The notes under the pieces were generated by a model. The model was not told the origin of the DNA. It saw only the letters and a list, made by a program, of their open reading frames with translations, and searched no databases. Made by a program: the position numbers and the translations under genes. 32,798 nucleotides of DNA from Dehalococcoidia bacterium UBA1151. GTDB taxonomy: Bacteria > Chloroflexota > Dehalococcoidia > Lucifugimonadales > Lucifugimonadaceae. This document shows positions 6,823-16,311 of this stretch, in pieces (the stretch's first letter is position 1; every line of letters begins with the position of its first letter). Location of the stretch: the NCBI GenBank assembly GCA_002311865.1, contig DBZV01000104.1:6881-39678 (forward strand), given 5' to 3'.

Positions 6823-9441
6823 GTGACAACCACCAATATTGGTGAAGTTCGTCCCATACGCATAGATGACGAAATGCGCGCCTCTTACCTGGATTACGCG
6901 ATGAGCGTAATCGTTTCCAGAGCGCTTCCAGATGTGCGAGATGGCTTGAAGCCGGTGCAGCGCCGGATTCTCTACGCAATGCAGGAACTGGGGATGCGTC
7001 CAACGTCCTCATACAAGAAAAGCGCCCGGCTGGTTGGCGAGGTGTTGGGCAAGTTTCACCCTCACTCAGACTCACCGGTGTACGAGGCGATGGTCCGCAT
7101 GGCACAGAACTTCTCGCTGCGCTACATGTTGGTGGATGGCCAGGGCAACTACGGAAGCATCGATGGTGACCCACCTGCTGCCATGCGCTATACAGAAGCT
7201 CGCATGGCCCGCATTGCAGACGAGATGCTGCGAGACATCGACCGTGAGACGGTCGATTGGGTAGACAACTTCGATGCCTCGCTGAAAGAGCCAACGGTCC
7301 TCCCCGCAACACTGCCCAACCTGCTGGTGAACGGTGCATCCGGTATTGCCGTTGGCATGGCTACAAACATCCCGCCGCACAACCTGAGGGAGATATGTGA
7401 CGCAATCGTCCACTTGATTGAGCGCCCTGACGCCACTGTGGATGACCTGATGGAGTTTATACAAGCGCCTGACTTCCCTACCGGCGCGCACATCTGGGGT
7501 CGGGAGGGCGTTCGAAACGCCTACGCGACGGGCCGAGGCCGAATCGTTCTTCAGGCTGAGCACGAGTTTGAAGAGATCCAAAGAGGCGGCGACAGGATCC
7601 GAATCGTATTTACCGAGATTCCTTTCCAGGTCAATAAGGCAACGCTGGTCGCCAAGATCGCAGATCTTGCCAAGACGAAGAAGGTTGAGGGCATATCCGA
7701 GGTTCGAGATGAGTCTGACCGTAAGGGAATGCGCGTAGTTGTGGAACTGCGCCGTGCAGCTGCGCCGAGCGTGGTGCTGAACGGTCTCTACAAGCACACA
7801 TCCCTGAGGACCGCATTCTCAGCAAACATGGTGGCATTGGTAGACGGTATGCCGCAGACGCTGACGCTCAAGGCATCTCTGCGCCACTTCATCGACTTCC
7901 GACGTGAAATCGTCACCCGCCGAGCGCAGTTCGACTTGCGCAAGGCGCAGGCCCGACTCCACATCCTGGAAGGTCTACGGATCGCCGTCGATAACATCGA
8001 CAAGGTGATTGCACTAATTCGTGCCTCTGCCGATGTCGAAGAGGCCCGCAACAACTTGATGGCGGAGTTCACACTCTCGGAAATCCAGGCGCAAGCAATT
8101 CTGGATATGCAGCTACGCCGACTGGCGGCTCTGGAGCAGGAGAAAATCGAAAATGAGTATCAGGAGCTACTGGTTCTCATCTCTAATCTTGGAGCGCTGC
8201 TGGCCGACCCCAAGAAGATTCTGCGGGCAGTTCGCACGGAGACGCTTGCGCTTAAGAAAAAGTATGGTGACGAGCGCCGCACAAAGGTTCACGTTGAAGA
8301 GCTTGGTGAGTGGCGTCGTGAGGATACGGAGCCGCACGAAGAGGTTGTCATCACCCTTTCCCGTGCTGGATACGTAAAGCGCATCCCAACCAGCACCTAC
8401 CGCCGACAGCATCGTGGCGGAAAGGGCGTCAAGGGTCAGCGAATGAGCAGGGAAGACGATGTGGTCCCATTCCTGCAGGTAGCGGATACGCACGACGTTC
8501 TTCTGTTTTTCACGAACCGCGGACGTGTGTTCCACACCCGTGTATTCGAACTGCCACCAGATGCGACACGCACATCGCGTGGGACGCTGGTACAGAACTT
8601 GATCAACCTTGAGGCGGGAGAACGGGTACAGGCCATGGTGGCCGTCTCTGATCTGCTTGAAGACACCTATCTGGTGATGTGTACAGAAGCGGGACAGATC
8701 AAGCGTATGCACCTCTCCCTGCTGGCAAACTTGCGTCGTTCAGGCCTCAATGCCATGAACTTGAAGGCGAACGACTCACTCGTCTCTGTGATCCTTGCGC
8801 AATCCCCGGATGATGTTGTGATTGTGACAAGGAATGGCATGTCAATTAGGTTCGGCAGCGATTCCGTCCGTCCACGCCAACGTGCGGCGGGCGGAATGAA
8901 GGGCATAACGCTGGTCGGCAAAGATCTGGTGGCCGCAATGGACGTTGTGCCAGCCGATAGTGAGGACTCACGACTGCTTATTGCCAGCCGCAAAGGCTTC
9001 GGAAAGCTCTCACTATTGCGCCATTATCGGCAGCAGAAGCGGGGCGGCAAAGGATTGATCACACTCAAACTAACACCAAAGAACGGCAAGGTGGCAGCCG
9101 CCCAGGTTGTCCAGGCTGAGTTGGAGGCGTACCTGGTCACTGATCAGGCGCAGGTTATCAACATTCCGCTTGGTGAGGTTCGCCAGACCGGTCGCAATAC
9201 ACAGGGCGTCACGCTGGCGAAGCTGGATAGCGGCGACTCAGTCTCTGCCATCCGAGCGGTGGGCCCACGGCGTACCCCGGCGGAGAAGCTGGACCGGCCT
9301 GTGGATGAAGCCGAAGACAACAGCAATGGCAACGGCGAATCCGAGAACGGAACCGGTGATATTGAAGCCATCGCCGCAGTTCCGGTCGATATGACGGACG
9401 AGCAGTCACCAACAGAAGGAGAGGATCGGGCCGAAGAGTAG
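6823..9441 (+). CDS. gyrA: DNA gyrase subunit A
   Basis: [42 protein letters not shown], the active-site region [10 protein letters not shown], the GyrA box [12 protein letters not shown], and an acidic C-terminal tail. I prefer the GTG at 6823 (GGAG lies 7 nt upstream) over the ORF-track TTG at 6781. Confidence 0.95.
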   Translation: MTTTNIGEVRPIRIDDEMRASYLDYAMSVIVSRALPDVRDGLKPVQRRILYAMQELGMRPTSSYKKSARLVGEVLGKFHPHSDSPVYEAMVRMAQNFSLRYMLVDGQGNYGSIDGDPPAAMRYTEARMARIADEMLRDIDRETVDWVDNFDASLKEPTVLPATLPNLLVNGASGIAVGMATNIPPHNLREICDAIVHLIERPDATVDDLMEFIQAPDFPTGAHIWGREGVRNAYATGRGRIVLQAEHEFEEIQRGGDRIRIVFTEIPFQVNKATLVAKIADLAKTKKVEGISEVRDESDRKGMRVVVELRRAAAPSVVLNGLYKHTSLRTAFSANMVALVDGMPQTLTLKASLRHFIDFRREIVTRRAQFDLRKAQARLHILEGLRIAVDNIDKVIALIRASADVEEARNNLMAEFTLSEIQAQAILDMQLRRLAALEQEKIENEYQELLVLISNLGALLADPKKILRAVRTETLALKKKYGDERRTKVHVEELGEWRREDTEPHEEVVITLSRAGYVKRIPTSTYRRQHRGGKGVKGQRMSREDDVVPFLQVADTHDVLLFFTNRGRVFHTRVFELPPDATRTSRGTLVQNLINLEAGERVQAMVAVSDLLEDTYLVMCTEAGQIKRMHLSLLANLRRSGLNAMNLKANDSLVSVILAQSPDDVVIVTRNGMSIRFGSDSVRPRQRAAGGMKGITLVGKDLVAAMDVVPADSEDSRLLIASRKGFGKLSLLRHYRQQKRGGKGLITLKLTPKNGKVAAAQVVQAELEAYLVTDQAQVINIPLGEVRQTGRNTQGVTLAKLDSGDSVSAIRAVGPRRTPAEKLDRPVDEAEDNSNGNGESENGTGDIEAIAAVPVDMTDEQSPTEGEDRAEE

Positions 9442-9458
9442 GCCCGATCTGAGGCCGG

Positions 9459-11657
9459 TTGCTCTACCGATCAGGAGTCTGGCTGGCACGGCACCCATGG
9501 CCTATCATCGGCCTATGGGTGATGATCCTCGCCCCGGCGCTGTTCCTTGCGCCCAGGGTGCAGGACCGTCTGCTATCGGGTCTTGGGGAAGCGCCAACTG
9601 AAGCACGCGCAGCTGCGAACCTGCTGGAAGAAGAGCTTGGCGCGTCACCGACGGGTATGGCGTTTGTCTTCCGGCACTCCGAACTCACTATCGATGATCC
9701 CGAGTATCGGGCAGCGCTTGAGGCGGCGATCGCGCCACTTCGCGAATTAAACGACATCAACCGAGTGGATTCGCTCTTCTCGACTGGATTTCGGGAGATG
9801 GCCTCGGCCGACGGCCACACAACCTACGTCAATGTCCTGATCAACTCAGACCCCCAAAAGGCTCTGGACGACTTCCCTCGCCTCAAGAACTCGGTGCAAT
9901 CAGACATTCTGGAAGTGAAAGCCACTGGCGGCCTGGCGATCTTTGCCGATGTGAATGAGTCCAGTGAAGATGATCTGCGGCGCGCTGAGATATTCACGTT
10001 CCCACTCGTGCTGATCGCGCTGTTCTTCGTGTTCCGGAGCTTTGTCGCCGCCAGTATTCCGCTCATCATGGGCGGAATTGCCGTGACGATCACGTTGGCG
10101 GGGATCTACCTCCTCTCGTTGGGTGTTGGCATGTCGGTGTTTGTGCTTAACGTCTCGACGTTTCTAGGGCTGGGTGCTGCTATCGACTACTCCCTGGTGC
10201 TGGTTGGACGGTTCCGAGAGGAGCGCAGGGATCACGATATTGAGGAGTCCGTCGGCCGCACCATGGCCACAGCCGGACGGGCGATCGTAATATCCGCGAT
10301 TACGTCAATCATTGGCCTCTCTGGACTGCTGTTTTTCGACTACATGATGTTGCGGTCCCTGGGCATTGGCGGTGTGATGGTGATTGGCGTGTCCGTGGCG
10401 GTGGCACTTACGCTGCTACCGGCGCTCATGGGGCTGGTCGGTCATCGTCTCGGTAGCGGGCAGTCCGGTATAGGCGGCGAGCTGATGTGGGGCCGTCTGG
10501 CCAACTGGGTGATGCACCACTCGTGGTCGGTGTTCATCATCGTGGGCGTGGGGCTGATTGTTCTTGGCGCGCCCATATTGCGCGTGAACCTGGGGACGCC
10601 GTGGGCTGACATACTCCCGCCATCAGCCGAGTCGCGACAGGGGTGGGACCTCGTCGCCGATGAGATTGGGCCTGGAGAACTTGCGCCATTGCTAGTTGTT
10701 TTGACGCCTACGCGCGGTGAGTTCGAATCTGGCGATACCTCGGCAGTAGCCCGCCTGGCCGACCAGATTGGCAACGACCCGCGTGTTTCTCGCACGGTCA
10801 GCGTCGCCAATCTCCTCCCTGAGCGCGCGCTTGAGAGTGCAACAGAGCTATCTGCAATGGCCGCAACGCTTGGGTTGGGTCCAGAGCTGGTTGAGTTGGT
10901 TGGTCAATTCTCAACCCGATCGATAATGCTGATCACCGTTTACAGCAAATTCGGACCAGCAACCGACGAGACGGAAGACCTGGTCGACTGGCTTCGTGAG
11001 CTTCCAGAACCTGCGGGTCTCGAGATCGTGGTCGGGGGTGGCACTGCCGATCTCAAAGATGCGACAGATCGCATGTACGATCTGTTCCCCTGGGTGATCC
11101 TTTATGTGATGGTCTCCGTCTATCTAGCGCTGATGTTCATGTTCCGCTCCGTGCTGTTGCCGCTTAAGGCTGTCCTGATGAACACCATGAGCCTCTTTGC
11201 AGCATATGGCGCACTGGTTCTGATATTCCAGGATGGCTGGCTCGACTTCATCCTTGGCAACACGGCAACAGGCTTTACCCAATCGACAGTTCCCATACTC
11301 ATCTTCGCCGTCGCATTCGGACTCAGCATCGATTACGAGGTGTTCCTGCTAAGTCGCGTGAAAGAGTACTGGGATGAGACCGGCGATAATCGGTATGCCG
11401 TTCAGAAGGGCATGGAGCATACTGGCAGAATTGTCACTAGCGCGGCGCTGATCCTGGTGCTTGTAGCTGGCTCATTTGCAACCGCAGATATCGTCGTCGT
11501 GAAAGCGCTGGGCATTGGCACGGCGATTGCGATCGGACTGGATGCCAGTGTGGTACGAGCGTTCTTTGTCCCCGCGATCATGCGGCTTTTGGGCAACGCG
11601 AACTGGTGGGCGCCGAAATGGTTGACCCGCCTGTCGATACCGGGCTTACGGGCGTAG
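9459..11657 (+). CDS. MMPL family (RND superfamily) membrane transporter
   Basis: 732 aa with two repeated halves, each containing a block of TM helices. MMPL-typical motifs are GLGAAIDYSLVLVGRFREE and AFGLSIDYEVFLLSRVKEYWDE. TTG start with GAGG 5 nt upstream. Confidence 0.85.
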   Translation: MLYRSGVWLARHPWPIIGLWVMILAPALFLAPRVQDRLLSGLGEAPTEARAAANLLEEELGASPTGMAFVFRHSELTIDDPEYRAALEAAIAPLRELNDINRVDSLFSTGFREMASADGHTTYVNVLINSDPQKALDDFPRLKNSVQSDILEVKATGGLAIFADVNESSEDDLRRAEIFTFPLVLIALFFVFRSFVAASIPLIMGGIAVTITLAGIYLLSLGVGMSVFVLNVSTFLGLGAAIDYSLVLVGRFREERRDHDIEESVGRTMATAGRAIVISAITSIIGLSGLLFFDYMMLRSLGIGGVMVIGVSVAVALTLLPALMGLVGHRLGSGQSGIGGELMWGRLANWVMHHSWSVFIIVGVGLIVLGAPILRVNLGTPWADILPPSAESRQGWDLVADEIGPGELAPLLVVLTPTRGEFESGDTSAVARLADQIGNDPRVSRTVSVANLLPERALESATELSAMAATLGLGPELVELVGQFSTRSIMLITVYSKFGPATDETEDLVDWLRELPEPAGLEIVVGGGTADLKDATDRMYDLFPWVILYVMVSVYLALMFMFRSVLLPLKAVLMNTMSLFAAYGALVLIFQDGWLDFILGNTATGFTQSTVPILIFAVAFGLSIDYEVFLLSRVKEYWDETGDNRYAVQKGMEHTGRIVTSAALILVLVAGSFATADIVVVKALGIGTAIAIGLDASVVRAFFVPAIMRLLGNANWWAPKWLTRLSIPGLRA

Positions 11658-11715
11658 AAACCGCGAGACCGTATAATCGCCATTTTCTGAGCATCCGTCC
11701 GATTCGGGAGAACCG

Positions 11716-12213
11716 ATGACAGAACAAGCCGACAACAGCGCGAAGTATCGGCGAGCGTGGAGCCGCTTCGCCACCGGCGTCACAATCATCACCACCACAG
11801 AGCCCGGCGGCGCCACGCACGGCATGACGGCGAACGGGGTGACATCCGTGTCGCTCGACCCGCCACTAGCGCTCGTCTGCGTCGCTCATTCACGAAACTC
11901 ATACGCGCTGATTAGTGAATCTGGTGAATTCGGTATCAGCGTGCTTTCCCAATCGCAGAAATCGGTTGCTCAGCACTTCGCGAAAGACCCGGCGGAGCGC
12001 GGCCCAACTCCAGACGGTATGTTCGAAGGACTCGGCGCCGGTCCTGCTGTGGTGAGTGGCTCGCTCTCCATCTTCAGCTGCCAAGTTGTATCCCACCACG
12101 AGGAAGGCGATCACTCGATCTTCATAGGCCTTGTGAAAGAGTTCGAAACCCGAGAAGGCGAGCCGCTAATCTGGTATGAAGCCGGCTTCCCCGTGCTGGA
12201 ATCTCAGGATTGA
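11716..12213 (+). CDS. Flavin reductase family protein (FMN-binding split-barrel)
   Basis: FATGVTIITT...HGMTANGVTSVSLDPPLALVCV...GDHSIFIGLV is the typical flavin reductase-like domain pattern. 165 aa. Confidence 0.8.
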   Translation: MTEQADNSAKYRRAWSRFATGVTIITTTEPGGATHGMTANGVTSVSLDPPLALVCVAHSRNSYALISESGEFGISVLSQSQKSVAQHFAKDPAERGPTPDGMFEGLGAGPAVVSGSLSIFSCQVVSHHEEGDHSIFIGLVKEFETREGEPLIWYEAGFPVLESQD

Positions 12214-12249
12214 TCCCCTCTCTCTGCGGGAGACTTCACAATGAGGGCG
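12214..12249 (+). repeat. REP-like intergenic palindromic element, diverged copy C
   Basis: TCCCCTCTCTCTGCGGGAGACTTCACAATGAGGGCG begins immediately after the flavin reductase TGA. It shares the first 9 nt, the GGGAGA core and the terminal TGAGGGCG with the copy at 27913-27949. Confidence 0.5.
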
Positions 12250-12297
12250 AGTTGGAGGTTCGCCCATGCTCCATCAATCACTGGAACAATGGCCAAT

Positions 12298-12843
12298 CTA
12301 TCCGTTTGACGTGGGCTCGCGCAACAACGCCATAAGAATAATGTCGTCGTATTTGCCATCGATGTAGCGTGCACGGCGCTTTACGCCTTCACGTTCGAAG
12401 CCGCACTTGGTGTAAAGGGAGATTGCCGCTGTATTTGAAGCGAAGACCTCTAACTCGACCCGCGTGAGGCCTTCGTCCCACACGAGATCAATAGCTGCCC
12501 GAACCAGTCGATATCCAAGGCCCCGGCGCGATACGATTTCAGCACGCCCATGCCCAGGTTGCCAGCGTGTTCAAATCCGGGCTTTTGGCCGATGAAGACA
12601 TGCACCAGCCGACTACGTGGCTGCCATCGACTGCGAACATTCGAATATTTCACCCTTCGGCTGCTTTCACTGTGAACTCGCGAATTGCTTCCAGTGAGGG
12701 TGCTACCAGACTGGCGAGGTGGACGCGTTCCCTGGCAACTGATTCGAAGCATTCGTGAAAGCTCTCGGCGAGATCGGCTGAGCCTGGTTGGATAGTTTGC
12801 TGGGCATGGACGTGTGGGCGGGTAGTGAGGGTAGTGGAGTCAT
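12298..12843 (-). pseudogene. GNAT family N-acetyltransferase, disrupted (one in-frame TGA and at least two 1-nt frameshifts)
   Basis: GNAT sequence is spread over three frames. The pieces are ADLAESFHECFESVARERVHLASLVAPSLEAIREFTVKAAEG-TGA(comp. 12650-12652)-NIRMFAVDGSHVVGWC, then a shift near 12598-12603, then HVFIGQKPGFEHAGNLGMGVLKSYR, then a shift near 12521-12530, then RRGLGYRLVRAAIDLVWDEGLTRVELEVFASNTAAISLYTKCGFEREG. The candidate original ATG (comp. 12841-12843) is in yet another frame. Confidence 0.75.
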
Positions 12844-12903
12844 TGTGCGTCTTGGTTCAACTCACGGTCGACATTGTGAGTGGTTAAATAGAGGAGGGAA
12901 GAA

Positions 12904-13242
12904 CTACAGCGACATCACCAGCCGCAGACCCGCATCCACCTCGTCCATACCCCCTGATTCAACATGCCCAGCAATCTCCGTCAGCAGTGACCGGTCTATC
13001 GTAAGTACCTGCGAAACATTCACCGTGGAGTCTCTGGGAAGTCCAGTGGTACTTTGAAGCAATAGGACATTCCCTGGCGCATCAGCAAGGTTCGTATTCG
13101 ACGTTATCACCGCCACTAGGATGGTACGAATGGCGCTACGGTTGAACTCATCCGACTGAACGATAAGCACCGGTCGACGGTACCCTGGACCGGAGCTGAC
13201 CGGGGGCGGTAGCGACGCCCACCAGATCTCACCGCGCAGCAA
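12904..13242 (-). CDS. mazF: Type II toxin-antitoxin system toxin, PemK/MazF family endoribonuclease
   Basis: RGEIWWASL...RRPVLIVQSDEFN...ILVAVITSN...GLPRDSTVNVSQVLTIDRSLL matches the MazF/PemK pattern. The TTG start directly abuts the antitoxin stop. Confidence 0.85.
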   Translation of the reverse strand: MLRGEIWWASLPPPVSSGPGYRRPVLIVQSDEFNRSAIRTILVAVITSNTNLADAPGNVLLLQSTTGLPRDSTVNVSQVLTIDRSLLTEIAGHVESGGMDEVDAGLRLVMSL

Positions 13243-13479
13243 CTACCACTCCTCCGGCGGAAGGGAGGCGAGTTGTATCTCTCCGAGCACGGGGTCCAGA
13301 TCCGACGATTCATCGGCATACATCTTGTTGAGTCGATCAGTCACATCTGAACGACTCTCGGCATCGATGAATCTCTCGAGCGCACGCCGATACAATTGAC
13401 TGCGCGAAACCCCCAACCGCCTGGCCAGAGCCTCGGCCGCCGCAAACGTGGCATCGGGGATGGAGATCGCTGTTTTCAT
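13243..13479 (-). CDS. Ribbon-helix-helix (CopG/MazE-like) antitoxin
   Basis: 78 aa. The N-terminal RHH-like stretch is MKTAISIPDATFAAAEALARRLGVSRSQLYRRALERFI, followed by an acidic C-terminal tail. It lies immediately upstream of the MazF-family toxin. Confidence 0.8.
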   Translation of the reverse strand: MKTAISIPDATFAAAEALARRLGVSRSQLYRRALERFIDAESRSDVTDRLNKMYADESSDLDPVLGEIQLASLPPEEW

Positions 13480-13486
13480 ACCAATA

Positions 13487-13527
13487 GTATAACCGGAGTT
13501 ATACCGCGATGTGAATTCGCCTTACAA
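13487..13527 (-). promoter_or_regulatory. Candidate TA promoter with overlapping inverted-repeat operator
   Basis: Minus strand reads TTGTAA (comp. 13522-13527), an 18-nt spacer, then TATAAC (comp. 13498-13503). The perfect inverted repeat GTATAAC-CGGA-GTTATAC (13487-13504) overlaps the -10 and ends 8 nt from the antitoxin ATG. Confidence 0.55.
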
Positions 13528-13631
13528 CCTGAAAAATAGGACTTCGTCCGCTTCGGGACTCGGCTTCAAGCCACATAGCGTCCATCGGTGTAACGTCTGG
13601 GACACGCCAGGCCAGATCAGGAACCGAGCCA

Positions 13632-14213
13632 ATGGGACACGATAAACAGCCGTTTCAACACCTATTTGATCTCTCTAATGACCATCGTGCTGCACACGGT
13701 GAAACCTGCCACGTATATCCAAGTCCCCAGGCGGGACAGTGGGCGGCCCTCGCAGCTGTGTTTTCAGTTGAGCGCGTGCTTGAGATTGGTTGTGGTCTTG
13801 GGTATCAAGCCGTCTGCATCGCAGAAGCCGCGGCTGGATGCCGTGTTGAGACGATTGAGAATGACTCGGAACATGCCGATCTGGCAGCCGCGCAAATCTC
13901 CCTTCTCGGTTTTGCTGACAGGATCAAGATCATCCGAGGAGACGCGGAGTCGATCATGCCGAACCTGAAAGGTCCATATGATCTGGTCATTGAAGATGCT
14001 GGAGTCGACTACTCGCGATAGCTTCCCGTGTTGACGCGTTTGACTCGTCCAGGCGGACTTTTGATCACCCGCAATCTCTCTGATCACATTCCCGACTGGG
14101 AGCGGCAGCTGCCGATGCAGGCGATCACAATCGTTCGATCGAGGCCAATCGATCAAACATAGGCCGGTATCGATGGTTTCTACCCATTGACCCTCTACCG
14201 CCCCGGAACCTAG
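13632..14213 (+). pseudogene. Class I SAM-dependent O-methyltransferase (family 3, YrrM/caffeoyl-CoA OMT-like) interrupted by two in-frame TAG codons
   Basis: VLEIGCGLGYQAVCIAEA...VETIENDSEHADLAAAQI...IKIIRGDA...YDLVIEDAGVDYSR-TAG(14019-14021)-LPVLTRLTRPGGLLITRNL...IDQT-TAG(14160-14162)-AGIDGFYPLTLYRPGT-TAG(14211-14213). All of it is in one frame, and family-like sequence (RPGGLL, GxDG) continues after each stop. Confidence 0.7.
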
Positions 14214-14216
14214 AAT
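14187..14216 (+). promoter_or_regulatory. Candidate sigma-70-type promoter of rplU-rpmA
   Basis: TTGACC (14187-14192), an 18-nt spacer, then TAGAAT (14211-14216). A GGGAGA SD at 14225-14230 and the rplU ATG at 14236 follow. Confidence 0.55.
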
Positions 14217-14235
14217 TGTTGGATTGGGAGAAAAC

Positions 14236-14559
14236 ATGTCAAATTATGCAGTAGTTCGAACTGGCGGTAAGCAGTACCGCGTTCGGATTGGCGATACAGT
14301 TACCGTTGAGCGTCTGGTCGGAGAGATTGGCGATCCAGTCAACCTTGATGATGTTCTGCTCACGTCCATAGACGGCGAAGTCACTATCGGCACACCAGTT
14401 CTCGAAGACGCTTCCGTCCGAGCGGAGATTACCGATCAGCCCCGTGGCAAGAAGGTGATTCACTTCCGTTACAAGAACAAAACCCGCCAGCGCACCAAGC
14501 GTGGGCACCGCCAGCTCCACACCGATTTGCTTGTTCAAGGCATCTCATCAGGTGAGTAG
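14236..14559 (+). CDS. rplU: 50S ribosomal protein L21
   Basis: [27 protein letters not shown]...[21 protein letters not shown]. The ATG at 14236 is preferred over the ORF-track TTG at 14224, which overlaps the SD. Confidence 0.95.
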   Translation: MSNYAVVRTGGKQYRVRIGDTVTVERLVGEIGDPVNLDDVLLTSIDGEVTIGTPVLEDASVRAEITDQPRGKKVIHFRYKNKTRQRTKRGHRQLHTDLLVQGISSGE

Positions 14560-14585
14560 GCCCGGGCCAATCAGGAGAGTTCGTC

Positions 14586-14858
14586 ATGGCACATAAGAAA
14601 GGCGGGGGTACTTCCCGCAACGGCCGAAAGAGTAACGGCCAGCGCCTTGGGGTCAAGGTCTACGCCGGTGAAATCATCACCGCCGGGTCAATTCTGGTGC
14701 GTCAACGCGGCACGCCAATAAAGCCCGGAATCAATGTGGGCGTCGGTAACGACCACACGCTCTACTCTAGGGTTGACGGTCAGGTTTACTACGACCAGGC
14801 GACCAAAAAGCGACGTCGAGCAAACGTCCGCCCCATGGGGGAAGTGGTGCGGGGCTAA
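14586..14858 (+). CDS. rpmA: 50S ribosomal protein L27
   Basis: [29 protein letters not shown]...RQRGT. There is no Prp-type N-terminal extension. Confidence 0.95.
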   Translation: MAHKKGGGTSRNGRKSNGQRLGVKVYAGEIITAGSILVRQRGTPIKPGINVGVGNDHTLYSRVDGQVYYDQATKKRRRANVRPMGEVVRG

Positions 14859-14925
14859 GACTGCCTCTCCGTCTGGTGTGCCTTGAAAAGAAGGCCACTT
14901 GTCGAGCCGATAGGAACAAACAATT

Positions 14926-15156
14926 ATGAAAACAGGACTACACCCCGACTATCATCCACACGCCATGGTCACATGTTCGTGCGGGAACACCTTCGAAGCC
15001 GGATCAACCCTTGAGTCGTTGAAGGTAGAAATCTGCAGTGCATGCCACCCGTTTTTTACCGGTGAGCAGCGCATTGTTGACACTGAAGGTCGTGTTGAGC
15101 GACTCCGACGCCGATACCAGATGGCGCAGGAAGCGGCAGTGGCCAAGGCTGAATAA
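14926..15156 (+). CDS. rpmE: 50S ribosomal protein L31 (Zn-ribbon type)
   Basis: [11 protein letters not shown]...CSCGNTF...[30 protein letters not shown]. Confidence 0.95.
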   Translation: MKTGLHPDYHPHAMVTCSCGNTFEAGSTLESLKVEICSACHPFFTGEQRIVDTEGRVERLRRRYQMAQEAAVAKAE

Positions 15157-15173
15157 CCCAGAACAACCGCTGA

Positions 15174-15200
15174 GGCCGGGCGTTACTGTCCGGCCCTTTT
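15174..15200 (+). terminator. Intrinsic terminator after rpmE
   Basis: Stem GGCCGG (15174-15179), a 10-nt loop, stem CCGGCC (15190-15195), then CTTTT. Confidence 0.6.
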
Positions 15201-15257
15201 GGTTAACTACCTTGCAGAATCCAGACGTGTGGGGCATGTAGACTTCGTCGCTAGCAT

Positions 15258-16235
15258 ATGGAACAAAAATCAAGATATCAGTACGGTGGCCAGGCCATCA
15301 TTGAGGGCGTGATGATTCGCGGCCGAGAGCAGGCCGCGATTGCCGTCAGGAATCCCGCTGGTGAGATCTGCGTGCGGGAGCTCACCGTGCCTGGCTGGGC
15401 GACGGGGAGACTCCGGGGCATTCCCTACATTCGGGGCATGGTCATATTTGCCGAGACGCTGATAGTTGGAATGCATGCTCTGAGCATGTCCGCCGCACTA
15501 TCTCTTGAAGAGGATGACGAAGAAGGCGCTGAGGAGTCGATCAGCAACTTTACGATCGGCCTTATGCTGATCGTGGCGATTGGCCTTGGAATTGGCATCT
15601 TCTTCCTGGCGCCGTTCTTTGTTTCCAAGCTTTTCGAGAACTCATTTGGCTCGATTGGCGCGAATATCATCGAGGGTGGACTGCGTCTCGGGGCGTTTGT
15701 CGGATATATCTGGCTGATCTCAAAGATGAATGACATCGAGAGGGTTCTTGGCTACCACGGTGCCGAGCACATGGCCGTCCATGCTCAGGAAGCCGGCGAC
15801 GATATGACTGTGGAATCGGTGCGAAAGTTCCCGCCCGCACATCCTCGTTGTGGGACGGCATTTCTGCTGACGGTGATGCTGCTGGCGGTTCTGGTGTTCA
15901 TATTCATCCCACGTGAGCCGATATCCCTGGTTATCCTCTCGCGCGTTCTCCTGCTGCCGCTGATTGCGGCCGCCGCCTATGAGTTCATCCGCTATGCCGG
16001 ACGCCATCCACACAACATTGGAATGCGCATCCTGATCGCGCCAAGCCTGCTGCTGCAGGAGATGACCACGCGCCCACCAAACGACGATCAGATTGAAGTC
16101 GCAATTGAGGCGCTTACCCACGCCGTCAAGTTAGATCAAGGCGTCCCAACAGAGGACCACAACGTCCCCCCCACCCAGATCTGGGCAGATGCGCCTAAAG
16201 AGATGAGTCCGAAGAAGGTCCCCGAAGAGGGGTAA
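15258..16235 (+). CDS. DUF1385 domain-containing membrane protein (YqhQ-like)
   Basis: YGGQAIIEGVMIRG, several TM segments and GYHGAEHMAVH. The family commonly follows rpmE. Confidence 0.8.
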   Translation: MEQKSRYQYGGQAIIEGVMIRGREQAAIAVRNPAGEICVRELTVPGWATGRLRGIPYIRGMVIFAETLIVGMHALSMSAALSLEEDDEEGAEESISNFTIGLMLIVAIGLGIGIFFLAPFFVSKLFENSFGSIGANIIEGGLRLGAFVGYIWLISKMNDIERVLGYHGAEHMAVHAQEAGDDMTVESVRKFPPAHPRCGTAFLLTVMLLAVLVFIFIPREPISLVILSRVLLLPLIAAAAYEFIRYAGRHPHNIGMRILIAPSLLLQEMTTRPPNDDQIEVAIEALTHAVKLDQGVPTEDHNVPPTQIWADAPKEMSPKKVPEEG

Positions 16236-16311
16236 CCTGGTTCCGTCCGCTCCCGCGCCGCGAGAGGTTGGGGGCGTGGCTGCACACGGATCACGCGTAA
16301 AACAGCCGAAT

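Noticed and set aside
7072-8712. Long antisense ORFs inside gyrA (7072-7797, 241 aa; 8167-8712, 181 aa).
   Set aside because: They lie entirely within, and antisense to, a gene with unambiguous GyrA homology. Their Arg/Cys/His-rich composition is typical of antisense frames in GC-rich DNA.
12298-12752. Treating ORFs 12298-12483 (61 aa) and 12450-12752 (100 aa) as two separate small genes.
   Set aside because: Together with a third frame they reconstruct one contiguous GNAT acetyltransferase. They are fragments of a single frameshifted pseudogene.
12788-13057. An 89-aa plus-strand ORF overlapping the 3' part of the toxin gene, and a 157-aa minus-strand ORF (13764-14237) over the methyltransferase.
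   Set aside because: Each lies antisense to a gene or pseudogene with clear family homology, and neither has recognisable motifs.
13632-14213. TAG reassignment, pyrrolysine or programmed read-through as an explanation for the two in-frame amber codons.
   Set aside because: TAG is the ordinary stop of many well-supported genes in this window (cimA, gyrA, MMPL, the IMPase-family gene, ccmH and the antitoxin). The neighbouring GNAT gene is also broken, by a TGA and by frameshifts. Local gene decay is the simpler explanation.
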